Shown: positions 12,596 to 24,889, numbered from the whole stretch's first letter. The stretch: 61,930 nucleotides of DNA, filler included, from Stramenopiles sp. TOSAG23-2 (GCA_900128395.1; 5 parts of 5 records of this genome joined end to end with filler, not necessarily neighbours in it); one strand, 5' to 3'. The notes: generated by a model not told the origin, from the sequence alone. Numbers and translations: made by a program.

Positions 12596-13492
12596 TGTTT
12601 TCTATTTTATATAAGAGGATGATGTATATTATCTCTTGCAAATATATGTAAATATATATATATATTTCATTTCCATTACCCACAATGACCGACTATAATG
12701 CAATAGATAATAATAATTTAATAAATAGTCTAATCTATTTTTTTTTTTTTTTTTTGGGTCGTCGTCGTGAATGACGCGTCGTGTTGCTCGTCGTGCAACT
12801 CGTCGTGTAAAAAATATAATAAGGCTTCTTTATTATTAGTATGTCGTTTGCCAATTAGCAATTAGCAACCACATAACATTGTATTTAGATTTATTTCCCC
12901 CTATGTAAATTAGTATTCTAATTTCCTATTCAAGCAGAGTACTTGCCAGCTGGGAGTATAAAATAGAATAAAAGTTTGATTCCCACCAAAACGTTATGTG
13001 CCTCATATAAATTAACACTACACATTATTGATTTCTATAGATTAAGATAATCCAGCTTCACATTGCAAATTCAAATCCTCCAAAAATGTATTATTATTAG
13101 TATGGCAATAGCATTAGAAACTCGGATACACACATTGCCAAAAAGGGTCTCATGCATATATATTATTATGTATAGTTTATAAATATAGATTTCATATGAA
13201 CAAATACATCTCTTCTACATATAATACATTGAAAACAATATTATTAACAATAGAAGAAAAATCATTTCGTTTGTTTTATAATAATATATCTTTATAGAAA
13301 ACGGAAATAATAAAAAAAAATATATAGTTATTAATTACAACTACTACATTTTTTTATATTCATATTATATTTTTATTTTTTTGATTTTCAAATTTTCATT
13401 AGAAAAAATATCTCAAAAAAACAAATATTCGTCTGTCTTATACAACAACAAAAATATATACATATATAATCATAAAATAGTTAGATATAATC

Positions 13493-14758
13493 ATGCAATT
13501 TGCAACAAGCGCAAACACAAATCCGGTATCACCAGGAAAATTTAAAAAGACCGTCTCACAAGAATCTCCACAATCTGTACGAGAATTTACTAAACAAATT
13601 GAAGTACGTGACCAAACAGAATGCAAGGAAACATTTAAAGCTATTAAAAATGCACAAACGACGGAGGAGAAAAATGCTATTCTTGACCAAGCGTTGGAAT
13701 ATTTCATGCAAAAAGCAGCAGCAGAGGAAAAAGAATATTTTGGAAAATTGGAACAAGTATCAAAAACAAAAGAAGAGGTTGCTGGCTTAGCAAGAGAAAA
13801 GGAAGTACGTACAAACGAAAAATTACGTTGGGCACGTAAAACGGATTCAAACAAAATGGAGTTTGTATCGTTAAACCCAACCTTTAATACATATAAAAGT
13901 GCATTAGCAAAGGAAGTAAATACGGCATATCCATTCACCGCTGAACAACTTAAAAGCGGATCCTTTTGGTTATCCAATGTGAACGTAGCAGATCCAAATG
14001 AAGCTCCATTTGCATGCGCACATTATGAACTTCAAGAAGATGAAAGTGCAAAGAAACTTGAAGACAGGTTTTCCGAAGTATCTGTATCTACAGTAGCAGA
14101 ATCATTACGTGACCTTGTATACAGTGAACAAGGTGAATTCGAAACAGCAGTTGAAGGTGTATGTGCATGGGGTGAAGGTTTAGCAACATTGGATTTTAGC
14201 GATGAGAACAAAGAAACGTTCGAATCATTCTGGACACCAAAAGGTGATGGTTTCTTCGACACATCGTTAGATGAAAAACGCGCTGCAATTGCAAATTGTT
14301 GGCGTTACCAACCACGTACAGATGTCATTGCTAAAGATGTTATGACGAAAAAACAAGAATTGTTATTCAAACAACGTCAAGCACGTGGTCCACTTTCAGA
14401 GAAACGAATTGCACAACGTATTGCAAAAATGACCAAGTACTTTAACAAACCAGAAACATACCCAACGGCATCTAATCCTCCTACATCGTTTTTCCAGGAA
14501 CGAGTAGAAGTTTTAAGTAAATCTGATCTTCCAGCAATTTTAGCGAAGCATCAAGCATATGAAGATAATTTCGTCAATACATGGGCATCGAAAGGTGAAA
14601 AATTTGTAGTAGAAAAAAATGTATGGGCTGTACAAAAATCATTTTCATTTAAATCAGACAAAGCACGTGCATTGAAAGATGCACAAATGAAAAAACGCTC
14701 TGATGTAAGAGTAGCAGCTATGGCAGCTTTAAGAGAACAAGTCGGATTAACGCAATAA
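13493..14758 (+). CDS. Hypothetical protein, 421 aa, helical/charged
   Basis: Long ORF with host-like codon usage and AT-rich flanks; no domain recognised. Confidence 0.8.
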   Translation: MQFATSANTNPVSPGKFKKTVSQESPQSVREFTKQIEVRDQTECKETFKAIKNAQTTEEKNAILDQALEYFMQKAAAEEKEYFGKLEQVSKTKEEVAGLAREKEVRTNEKLRWARKTDSNKMEFVSLNPTFNTYKSALAKEVNTAYPFTAEQLKSGSFWLSNVNVADPNEAPFACAHYELQEDESAKKLEDRFSEVSVSTVAESLRDLVYSEQGEFETAVEGVCAWGEGLATLDFSDENKETFESFWTPKGDGFFDTSLDEKRAAIANCWRYQPRTDVIAKDVMTKKQELLFKQRQARGPLSEKRIAQRIAKMTKYFNKPETYPTASNPPTSFFQERVEVLSKSDLPAILAKHQAYEDNFVNTWASKGEKFVVEKNVWAVQKSFSFKSDKARALKDAQMKKRSDVRVAAMAALREQVGLTQ

Positions 14759-15559
14759 GTTGTATGTGTTGATTTGCTATTCAAATATATATATTGTTGC
14801 GTTGTTTGCTTTTTTTTTTTTAAATTAGATAAAATAAGCAATAAAAACAAAACAGAAATATATATATAATATTTGAAAATACATTTATATAATGGCCGTA
14901 AATAATATATATATATATATATATATATATTATCAAAGACGACGACAAAGAATCATTTAAATATAAATTTAAAAAAAAAAGAATAAATGAATAATATATA
15001 ATTAAAAAAGAAAATATGCCATGTTTTAAATAAAACGACACATGGTTTTGGAAAAAGTATGTATGATACCACCGAACATTTTTAAAGAACAATAATACAC
15101 GATGTTTGCATATATGTTTATATTTATCATAATAATTTACATACTATGATACTTGGTAATGATATCAATTAATATGATATTTAGTTTTTAAAAATATACA
15201 AAATATTACAAAAAAAAAATTATTAATTTAACGAATATGAAAGAGTTTTAAACTGAGAGAAACAATATGAAAGAAAAAAGAGATGCACCGAGAGAGAAGA
15301 GGAGAAGATTTAAATATTAAAAATATTTTTTTTATAATATTTTTTATAATATATACGAAGTATATAAAAAATTCTCACTTATTTATAATTTAAAGATTTT
15401 ATTTACTCATATTGTATATATATATGTATGGAATTACCAGAAATTCGTATATATATATACGACTCGTATATATAAAATTCTGGTTTCCTCAGAGTAAATT
15501 TTTAATCCCGGATATGTTAAAATTATTTTTTTTAAATTATTTAAAAATATATAACTTAC

Positions 15560-15790
15560 TTCGTAGATTTTAACCAATCATATAATACGTCGTATAAAAA
15601 TATATATGATATATATAATATTTTTTATTAAATTATATACCGAAGTATATATATATATATATATTTTGATGTTCATTTCCGGGAGTAAAAGAAATTTATA
15701 TTTAAATATATGAGTAAGAGAAAATTATACGAAGCGTATATATATAATATATAAATATCATTATAACTTAGATTTTAACCATCATATTAT
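15560..15790. repeat. Dispersed AT-rich repeat family member
   Basis: 15661-15730 is the reverse complement of ~37724-37786; 15761-15785 is the reverse complement of ATGATGGTTAAAATCTAAGTTATAA at 53864-53888. Confidence 0.7.
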
Positions 15791-16048
15791 TTTAAATATC
15801 ATATATATGATGCATAATTTTTTTTTTTTTATTATTTTTTGTTGTGTGTATAATATCAATAATAAAAGAGAGATATGATATCATTAATTTTATTTTTAAA
15901 ATAATATTAATATCATATTATGATATGCATACGTATGCGATTACAAATAATTATTTTCACAAAATATTCTCTTTTATCATAATTTTTTTAAATAAGCTGG
16001 TGTCGCTCCTTTCATTCTCTCCACATCTCCGTTTACTCGAACTTTCTC

Positions 16049-16984
16049 CTACGTGTCTTTACCCCAAATGTGATAACTTGCTATTCCACCATATGAACGT
16101 AATAGTGAAACAAATTTGTCACTATAGATGCAATTGGCTTGAATTGCCACATTAATCGGAGTGCGTCCATAATTATCCATCTTGTTAATACTAGCAATAT
16201 TGACATGATTTAATAATAGCTGGAACATGTCAATTTCAACAATACCATTATGGTATGCTGCATAATGCAATACATTTTTCCCGTCACTATTTGTAAAATT
16301 AGGATCCACCCCACATTGTTCAATTAAATATTGGACTACATCGCAATCGGTATATTCTGCAGCTGCCATTAATGGTGTCATATTATCATATTCACCGCAA
16401 GTACCTTCTTGATTCACCATTTCTTTTAATGTCATATTACCATTGCTACTAGCAAAGTTATAATATGGTCGAAGATTCATAAGCAATTGTACATCTTCCA
16501 AACTAGAAAACAAGCGAAATGCACATACCCAGAATCTGTGGCGTGTAGCGTATGAATGAGAGATGTGTTAGAGATGATAATTATATTTTAGGTTTAGGGA
16601 AATAGAATTTACGTACGTTCCACCAGGAAATTTTTCTTCGCATTTTCGAATCTTTTTTTGCAAAATACGTGTTTGAATAATCTCATTTATGCTTCTTATA
16701 CCTTCACAACGCAACAATGCTGATTCACCACGTATACGTTCAAAATCATTTGATCCATATTCTTTCCTAAATTGTTTGATTAAAGAAGTTTTTTTCACAT
16801 TACATAATGATCTATTATCAAAATATTTAAGCATATTTGACAATACTCCACATCCAGACTCAACTCCAGCTGGCAATACAAATGTACCAATAATAATTCT
16901 TCTTTCTGGTTGTTGTTTCAACGCCTCGACTGTTGATTTTTTTAATCTCTTCGCCGGTGGTTGTTCGATACTGATTGATGCCAT
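16049..16984 (-). CDS. Ankyrin-repeat protein, two exons (16984-16617, 16535-16049), 284 aa
   Basis: TPLMAAAE, NVLHYAA, GRTPINVA ankyrin motifs. An 81-nt intron 16616-16536 (GTACGT...CTCTAAC...CACAG) joins the two computed ORFs in frame. Confidence 0.8.
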
Positions 16985-17689
16985 CTTATACAATCACCTT
17001 TCTTTCTCTTTTACATCTGTATATCTATATCTATCTATCTACATGTATCTATTATTATAATTTATAACACACAAATGTGTACCGAGAATTTGATTATTTT
17101 AAAAATTAGCAGGTAATTACAATGCAAGCAAACCTGGCAAATATATCTAGCCTTGCTTGTGAATTTTAGTTGTCTAATAAATTAGCAGGTAATTACAATG
17201 CAAAAGCTCCCTTGTAACTCCAATGACCTCTTGCTTCAACTCTAAAAAAATTTTAGTAGTTTTCATTTTAAGTATACATTAGTTGTATCCTTTACCCCAA
17301 ATACCCCCTATACATGTTATAAATTGTCCTAAGGAGGATACTAAGGAATTTTTAAAATAATTTTGGAGGATCATAAAGTCTAGATAGACGACTAGCTAGC
17401 TAATGCACGTGCTACCTATATGTGGTGGTTCATAGTATTCACCTGCTAAAGAGGTATATACACTACATAGCATTGTAATGGTATTACTATGGGGTCCACT
17501 TTGTACTTATGGTATACTAAATATTATAATATAACTATCAAATATATCAGGTGAATACAATATACAATCCACCAGGAGGAGATATATGTTGTAGAAAAGA
17601 AGAACAAAAAATAGAGATATCTATAATTTAGTTGAACGACTGTATGTGTGTATGTATGTATCTAGATACTACAATTTACTGTTTATAAC

Positions 17690-18250
17690 ATGACGTATTA
17701 TCAAAATTGATTTCTGCTTCTGTGCTGCATCATATGCAGCCTCACAATGGCCAATGCACAGCTGAAATGTGCACATAACGGAGTAGACTTCTCACCCCTG
17801 CAAGGTAAGTCCTATTTACAGCATGACACGATAGTGAATGTCTCGACAGACTTGTATTTGACAATTTGCGGTGTAAATGCGTTGCGTTGCAATGCATCAG
17901 AGTTTAATTGGCCACCCAGCCAAGAAGATGATCGTAAAAACTTTCCGATGGGAGCCATGTTAGAAGTAAACAATTGGGCAGCCCAAGGAGGCAAGTACAA
18001 AAGTTGCATCGTCCATGGTCAATACAAAGAAAACCTGGCATCATGGAACACAACAGAAGCAGGCAATTCAGAATTAATTCTAACAGGTGCTCCACCAGAC
18101 CAATGCCGTATTCCAAATGACGAGGCAACCGCACACATTGAATTTGTGTGTGGCGGAGATGAATCACCCGACCCATCTAATATAACCTGGTATTTAGGAT
18201 GGGGCTGTGCTTATGAAGTCAAATTCCCCACCTCTCTTGCTTGCAAATAG
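17690..18250 (+). pseudogene. Secreted MRH (mannose-6-phosphate-receptor homology)-like protein with an in-frame TGA at codon 7
   Basis: Cys pattern VDFSPL...LTICG...C...AHIEFVC...GCAYEVKFPTSLAC. ATG 17690 is in frame and reads MTYYQN*FLLLCCIICSLTMANA (signal peptide interrupted by a stop). Confidence 0.6.
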
Positions 18251-18574
18251 AGGTATATGAGGAGCATGCTGGGCATGCAAAAAGAGTAAAAATTATTAAA
18301 ATATGTAGTAAAAAATGTTTTAATTAATAAAAGTATAAATATTTTATATACTTTAACCATTTTCCCCTATATAAACTTAATATCATAATAAATAATTTAA
18401 ATTAACCAAACAACAAAGAAGACCAACGCACAACACAACAAACAAATAAACAAAAAATAATTGAATTACGAGTATTACCATTTCTAATACGTACTACATA
18501 TGATGTGAAAAAGAAAAGAGAAATAGCAAGTAGTATAATATTGATGTAACAATAAAGAGGAAAACAAAACAACG

Positions 18575-19375
18575 ATGGATAATAATAATAATAATAATAA
18601 TAATACGAAGGAGCAACAAGCAACACCAACGGATGAAGCCATTTTATCGCAACAACGAGAAATTGAAAAAGAAGTAAGGGAAACACAAAAACAAATAGGT
18701 GATTTGGAAGAACCAAAAGTATTATTGGAGGAATATAAAGATAACAAAGTATTTCATCCAAAGATAGAACAAGTGATTAGTTTGTACAAAGGTATAAGGC
18801 GTTCAAGGAAAGATGGAAGTTGCTTTTATCGCTCATTTATATTCGCTTATTTAGAAATTATTAAGAATTCTCCAGAGAAAGTAGCAAAAGCTATTGAACA
18901 TGCAAATCAAGTAAAAAATGAATTATTAGTATTTGGTTATCCAGATTTTACGACAGGAGATTTTCATGAAAGTTATGTGGAGTTATTAAATGAAATAAGC
19001 AAAGATGGAGGGATAAGTTCTGATAAATTGAAAGATAAATTGCGCGATAATTCTATTGATATGCCGATTGTATATTTTACGCGTTTAGTGACATCAGCAA
19101 GCATGCAAAAACAACCTGATAAATTTGAAGCGTTTTGTATGGCAATGGGAAGTAATAGCGTGAAACAATTTTGTCAAAATAATGTGGAACCACCAGCAGC
19201 GAATGCAGATCAGCTTCAAATAACTGCATTAACAGATAGTTTCCAAATTGGTACGCGTGTTGTATATTTAGATGGGAATAGTGGACAATTAAATCATCAT
19301 GATTTTCCAGAAGGTGTTGAACCTATCGTACATTTATTATATCGACCAGGACATTATGATTTATTATATATTTGA
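18575..19375 (+). CDS. OTUB1: Otubain-type deubiquitinase (peptidase C65)
   Basis: RKDGSCFYRSF catalytic Cys box and LLYRPGHYDLLY His box. Confidence 0.93.
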   Translation: MDNNNNNNNNTKEQQATPTDEAILSQQREIEKEVRETQKQIGDLEEPKVLLEEYKDNKVFHPKIEQVISLYKGIRRSRKDGSCFYRSFIFAYLEIIKNSPEKVAKAIEHANQVKNELLVFGYPDFTTGDFHESYVELLNEISKDGGISSDKLKDKLRDNSIDMPIVYFTRLVTSASMQKQPDKFEAFCMAMGSNSVKQFCQNNVEPPAANADQLQITALTDSFQIGTRVVYLDGNSGQLNHHDFPEGVEPIVHLLYRPGHYDLLYI

Positions 19376-19972
19376 AATGATCAAATACAAATGCTGGAAT
19401 GAATAAACGCGCGCGCGTGAAATCATAACGAGAAGGAGAGTAGTAAAAAACACACTCGCACAAAGACTAGTAAGAGCGAGAGGAGGGTGGGTGCGGGTAC
19501 CACTTCTCTCTAGTAAAAAAGTGTTTTTAATATAAATTTATATATATTATGAATATTATATAATTTTTGATCTTATTTAAATCTGATTTTATACATATAT
19601 TTCCTGCTGCGCGCTGCTGTCTTTCAAAAAAAGTCTTTCTTCTTTCGTATCTCTTCTTTTTTAAACACGCAACACTTTTTTATTTCTTAATTTTCTTGCT
19701 CCTCTCCGTATGTTCACGACGTTTTATTAAATTATTCGTGGGTATTTACTGTATTTGATGATGCTATACCACACCACTTTTCAGTATTATATCTTTATTT
19801 TTCATGTGTTCACTTATCTCTTTTCATCTCTAATATCTCATTTCACTAAAATATATCATAACAATTAATTTCCATAATTAATTATTTTTTTTTACTTTTT
19901 TTTTAAATGTTCTTTCATAACAACAAGTATATATTCTATATATATGATATTATTTTCCGTATCATGTATACT

Positions 19973-21304
19973 TTATCCATACATTATAAACATGTGAAGT
20001 CGTCTTCTTAAAGCAGTTTCATCATTTCCTTCACTACTTGCATACATAGTATTTAACCGTACGTTTCTTTCAGTTTGTTTTAATTGATCCAATGTCGCTA
20101 TTTCCAAAAATTGTTCGGTTAATCCAGCAGCACGGCAATATTCTTCCCTTGCTACACCACGATAATTATTAACACCAGTGTCAAACGTAGTTTGCTCGTC
20201 TTCATTCCAATTATCTAAAATATTTAAAAATTGATTACCACCATTTTTTGCTTGGTCTAATCTTTGTGCTAAACTATTCAACGATTTACGTCTTGATTCC
20301 CTGCTACGTTTTGCCTTTTCCAATCTTATTGCATATTCATGTGCCGTTTGAGGATTTGATTTAACAATATGTTGCACTGCACAATCTAAGGCGTTTGATT
20401 TCACTGGTCTGGAGCAACATGGCGCGCGGCATGTTGGACAACGTTGACTGCGTGAAAACCATTCCACAATGCAACTGTAACAATAAGTATGTCCGCATGC
20501 AAGTGTATTTGCTTCAACGAAAAAATCTTGACAAATAGCGCATTTAAATTCATCTTTTAAATTGTTATTCAATTGCAATTCTGCTTCATCTTGAACTTTT
20601 GGCACACGAGATAGCTTTTGACGTTTTGCACTTTTGTTTTTAGATCCGCTATTATTGTTACTGCTATTACTGCTAAATGAACTATCACCATCTTTTTCCT
20701 CTGGTGACATATTTAAGCGTTTACTACGCCTTGATGAACCATTTAAATTGCTAGATGAAACAGCTGCCGTTTTCGGTCTATCTTCCGTACGTTGTCGCTG
20801 TACGTTTGGATCCCTTGACGCTAATGCAGAGCTACTATTGTTCTCGTTACTACTTTCATTTGTTTCTGAAACAGTCTTTGTTGCAAAAGGCATAATATTA
20901 TCAGGTGATTCAAACCGAAATACTAAGTCAGATGCAAGGCAATCACTTCTTTCACCTTCTTCAAGCCCGGCACCTCCACCAAGGGTTAAAGTGTCACCAT
21001 CGTGCAAACGCTCTTCTTTTACTTTTGTACAATTGATAAATGTTCCATTTAAACTTCCGCAATCAGTTACCCACCATGAAAATTCTTCCACTTCCTCATC
21101 TTCGGATTCTTTACGTCTCCATATAACGACATGTACACGCGATAATGTGCAAGGGTATGCTATTGAATCCAATGTAAGATCAGCGGATCGGCTACGTCCG
21201 ACTGTTGTTCTTTCTTTATCTAACGGGATGTATTTTGGCAAATCTTCAGGTGGATTTTCACCGTCTTCTCCAAGTAAAACTAAACGTGCTTGACGTGGTG
21301 GCAT
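19973..21304 (-). CDS. FHA + RING E3 ubiquitin ligase (RNF8/CHFR-like)
   Basis: FHA (GRS...LSRVH...SLNGTFIN); C3HC4 RING CAICQD...CGHTYCYSC...CPTCR. Confidence 0.88.
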   Translation of the reverse strand: MPPRQARLVLLGEDGENPPEDLPKYIPLDKERTTVGRSRSADLTLDSIAYPCTLSRVHVVIWRRKESEDEEVEEFSWWVTDCGSLNGTFINCTKVKEERLHDGDTLTLGGGAGLEEGERSDCLASDLVFRFESPDNIMPFATKTVSETNESSNENNSSSALASRDPNVQRQRTEDRPKTAAVSSSNLNGSSRRSKRLNMSPEEKDGDSSFSSNSSNNNSGSKNKSAKRQKLSRVPKVQDEAELQLNNNLKDEFKCAICQDFFVEANTLACGHTYCYSCIVEWFSRSQRCPTCRAPCCSRPVKSNALDCAVQHIVKSNPQTAHEYAIRLEKAKRSRESRRKSLNSLAQRLDQAKNGGNQFLNILDNWNEDEQTTFDTGVNNYRGVAREEYCRAAGLTEQFLEIATLDQLKQTERNVRLNTMYASSEGNDETALRRRLHMFIMYG

Positions 21305-22124
21305 TCTTAACTTTTTTTTTTAAATTTGTTGTTGTTGTTTTTTTGAAAATTGTTGTTAAAATCAAAAAATAATAATTTCACACAGACTTGTTTTTTTTTT
21401 TTTTTGAAAGGATATATATAAATAATATAATATATACACAAACACAGAAAGGATGAAATAAAGTAACTCTAAATACAATGTCTTTTATGTAAACTGATTT
21501 ATATCCGTTGTATCTTTCTCTTTTTCTTGTTCATACACCTATCTGTTCTCTCTTTTTCGAATTTATAATACTTGTATTTTTGATTGACCCTTTGACTGTT
21601 GTGTGTTGGTTCAGTTTGGGATGGTTTTTTATCCAATAGTGTGTAGTCTTATTTTATACATTTTTCGTCAATTTTTTTAACTTTGCAGATTTCAAATTTA
21701 AATATTTTTCATGTGAAAAATTGATTGACCTTTTTGGGATTAACGATCTTATGATTATCCTATCAAATGCCACGTAATTTATACTTGAAGGTGGAAATTA
21801 GAATACAGCAAGAGGATTTAAAATTTAAACTTCAATCAATAACAGGTAGCTACCAGCTAGCTAGGCTAGCTAGATCTAGTGCTATACTGTACTGAGCTTT
21901 ATCAGACGACGGGCGTTATAATAATTTATTTCAAAAAAAATCAAAAAAACTTTAATATATTTAATAAAAACAATTGAAACGTCTCCTGTAAACATAGATT
22001 CAAAAAAAGGAAACATTATCACAGAGAGAGAGAGACAGAGTTCAATTACAGAAGAGATTGTATATAAAAGTTCTAGTATATAACAATAAATTGAAAGTTC
22101 GGAAAAGATATATATACATATACA

Positions 22125-24023
22125 ATGAGTCGTCCACCGCCACCATTATTACCATTAAATAATATTAAATTGAAAAAAACAGGTGGTGCAAATAATAACA
22201 AACAAAAAAATAAGAAATCAAATAGGTCTATTTCTGATGTTGTGAAAGCAACTTTACGATATATGAAAAGTCGTCGTTTGGAATTGTTGGATTGCGATCA
22301 AAGCAAGGAAAATACGAAATGTGCGTTGGAAACGATAGAAAAACAGATCAATGAATGGAATACGTTAATAGAACATGATAAATTTAAGAGTATAGATAAC
22401 GATGAAAATAATATGAAAAAATTTGAAAAAGTTGTAGTAAAAGACCATTCATGGAATTTTGATCATGAAAAAGCATTTGCAATCCCAGTGAAAGAATTTT
22501 CAAATTTAGATTGGTCAACAATTACCAGTATAGGAAAAAGTGTGGAAGGCACGGAAGGTGTATTTTTTATTAAATTTCCAAATGAACGTGCCATAGTTGT
22601 AAAATCATCTACAACGTTAGGTGCAGAAGTATACGGTGCCATATTAGCAAAACGAATAGGCGTTGCAACGCCTGGTATACGTATTATCAATAGAAATTCC
22701 AATGAAGGTAGTAATATTGTTCGAAATTTAATTAAACAAGATGCACGAGTGGAACAATATTTATCAAAACCATTTTTTATTTTAATGGAATATATCAAAG
22801 GCATCGTATTAGGTGATGTTATTTTAAACGTGGAAAACAATAATAATAATAACAATAATAATAATGAAAATAAATTTATAATTCAAAAATTTGGTAATCC
22901 ACCAGAGTCACTCCATGATGTTGGAAAAAACAATTTATTACAATTTGGACGTATGATTGGTCTAGATTTTATTACAAATAATTTCGACCGTTTCCCTGTT
23001 GTATGGGATAATACAGGCAATCCAGGAAACGTCATGTTTTATGGAAATGTGGAGGAAGATGGTGTTGTAACAGAGTTAGCAAATCGTATAGTAGCGATTG
23101 ATAATATGACATCATGTATCTCGAAAACGAAATTTAAGAAAGAATATGATGCATATGCCATGAAAACATCAGAGGTATTATCTAAATTATTTAAAAATCC
23201 AATAGAAATTAACGAAGCATTTGCTCGTGTTCAATCTTTCTTAAAAAATGGAGTGCCAAATGGTGGATGGCCTGGACTTCAAATGGATATTGGCGAATCA
23301 GGCATTCGTTTAGTACAAGAAGGATTTTTGGAAAGTTTAGCTTCTGTTGGTGATATGGAACCGAATGAATTGTTTGCAATAAAAGATGCATTGGAAAACC
23401 TTTTCCTAAAAGACAATAATAATAACAATGATAATGATAATAATAATAATAATAGCAACTATAAAAATAATTTTTCTTATGGTTTGGAACGTGTAGATCC
23501 TGAATTTATCGTTGCCATTGCAACTACAATGCATGATGCTGTAGCATCAGATCTAAATGCACTTGGTAAATCATCACCAAATTTAAAAGAAAAAGAAATA
23601 CAAAGTTCATCCCCTGTTCAAAGTGATGATGGTAATAATAAAAAAATAAATGATAAAAGCCCTATAAATCGTATAGTGCAATTTGATAGTAGTAGTACTA
23701 ATGATAAAAATGTTGATGTTGTTGTAGCATCTGAGACAAAGTCAAATAACATAGATGTAAATAACCAACATGATGATGCGAAAACAACAAAAGAAATAAC
23801 ATTAAATGATCAAGATAGAAGGAATATGGATATAAATAGTATAAATACTATGTTAGGCTCATCTGATATTATATGGGGAAAACCATTTCGTCCAGCAATT
23901 GAATTATCTAATCAAATTACAACTTCTGTTATGTCACGATCAAGACGATTTGTCAGTGAAATTGAAAGAAGAGGTATACGACGTAAAAAAAATGAACAAA
24001 GTGGTGTTTGTATTGTGTCGTAA
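22125..24023 (+). CDS. Actin-fragmin kinase catalytic-domain protein with C-terminal CaaX
   Basis: GTEGVFF, GRMIGLDFITNNFDRFP, GNPGNVM, IVAIDN; ends RRKK...GVCIVS. Confidence 0.75.
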   Translation: MSRPPPPLLPLNNIKLKKTGGANNNKQKNKKSNRSISDVVKATLRYMKSRRLELLDCDQSKENTKCALETIEKQINEWNTLIEHDKFKSIDNDENNMKKFEKVVVKDHSWNFDHEKAFAIPVKEFSNLDWSTITSIGKSVEGTEGVFFIKFPNERAIVVKSSTTLGAEVYGAILAKRIGVATPGIRIINRNSNEGSNIVRNLIKQDARVEQYLSKPFFILMEYIKGIVLGDVILNVENNNNNNNNNNENKFIIQKFGNPPESLHDVGKNNLLQFGRMIGLDFITNNFDRFPVVWDNTGNPGNVMFYGNVEEDGVVTELANRIVAIDNMTSCISKTKFKKEYDAYAMKTSEVLSKLFKNPIEINEAFARVQSFLKNGVPNGGWPGLQMDIGESGIRLVQEGFLESLASVGDMEPNELFAIKDALENLFLKDNNNNNDNDNNNNNSNYKNNFSYGLERVDPEFIVAIATTMHDAVASDLNALGKSSPNLKEKEIQSSSPVQSDDGNNKKINDKSPINRIVQFDSSSTNDKNVDVVVASETKSNNIDVNNQHDDAKTTKEITLNDQDRRNMDINSINTMLGSSDIIWGKPFRPAIELSNQITTSVMSRSRRFVSEIERRGIRRKKNEQSGVCIVS

Positions 24024-24268
24024 AAAGTGTGTAAAATAAAAATACTTTTAATACGCGCGTGTAATAATATTTAATTAATGCATTAACTTATTTTTTAAAT
24101 TTACTCATGATAATTCCTACTCTCCAGAAAGAATATAATAAATTTCTTTTTTTCTTAATATTTTTGTGTAATTTTGTTTTTTATAGATTTAAACTTTTCT
24201 GATATTTTTACATATTTTTACTCTCTCTCTTCTGGGTTTCCGAGGTTCCAAAATCCAAAACTTTTTTT

Positions 24269-24784
24269 TCAATCTTCTTTGCGTTCATCATCATCAACAT
24301 TGACACTAACTTTCTCTTCTTCTTCTTCCGTATTCACCACACCATTCTCCTGATCGTTCACCATTGTTGTTCCAACTTCTTCTAATACTGTTGCCACACC
24401 CAAACGTTCCATCATCATTTCATTCATCATTGATTCATGTTCATAATTACGATTTCCACCTTTTCGTCGATACGACATAACTTCATGACCATTTAACATC
24501 TTTCGTATTGTTTTAGCAGTATTATTATTTGCTTTTATTTCAGTATCACTAGCTTCAAATACCCAATCATCTACTTTTGACATGATGAACAATAATTCTT
24601 TTTTTTCATCCAAAACCATTTGTAAATTACGAAGACAACTATCATCTTCTAATACACCTCCTGTCAAAATTATTACAACATATTCAGCTTCTGAAACAAC
24701 AGATGTAATTGTTTGTTGGCGAGACAGTAATGATTTTTCTATATCTTGACCAATATGTTTTCCAGATTTTATATTGTCAACTGA
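24269..24784 (-). CDS. 3' fragment of a gene, possible TIR-like alpha/beta domain
   Basis: Frame stays open to the contig edge; AEYVVIILTGGVLEDDSC...KKELLFI resembles TIR betaC-alphaC-betaD. Confidence 0.45.
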   Translation of the reverse strand, partial: SVDNIKSGKHIGQDIEKSLLSRQQTITSVVSEAEYVVIILTGGVLEDDSCLRNLQMVLDEKKELLFIMSKVDDWVFEASDTEIKANNNTAKTIRKMLNGHEVMSYRRKGGNRNYEHESMMNEMMMERLGVATVLEEVGTTMVNDQENGVVNTEEEEEKVSVNVDDDERKED

Positions 24785-24884
24785 NNNNNNNNNNNNNNNN
24801 NNNNNNNNNNNNNNNNNNNNNNNNNNNNTTAATTAATTAANNNNNNNNNNNNNNNNNNNNNNNNNNNNNNNNNNNNNNNNNNNN
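24785..24884. other. Artificial contig spacer
   Basis: 44N-TTAATTAATTAA-44N. Confidence 0.97.
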
Positions 24885-24889
24885 TTGCA

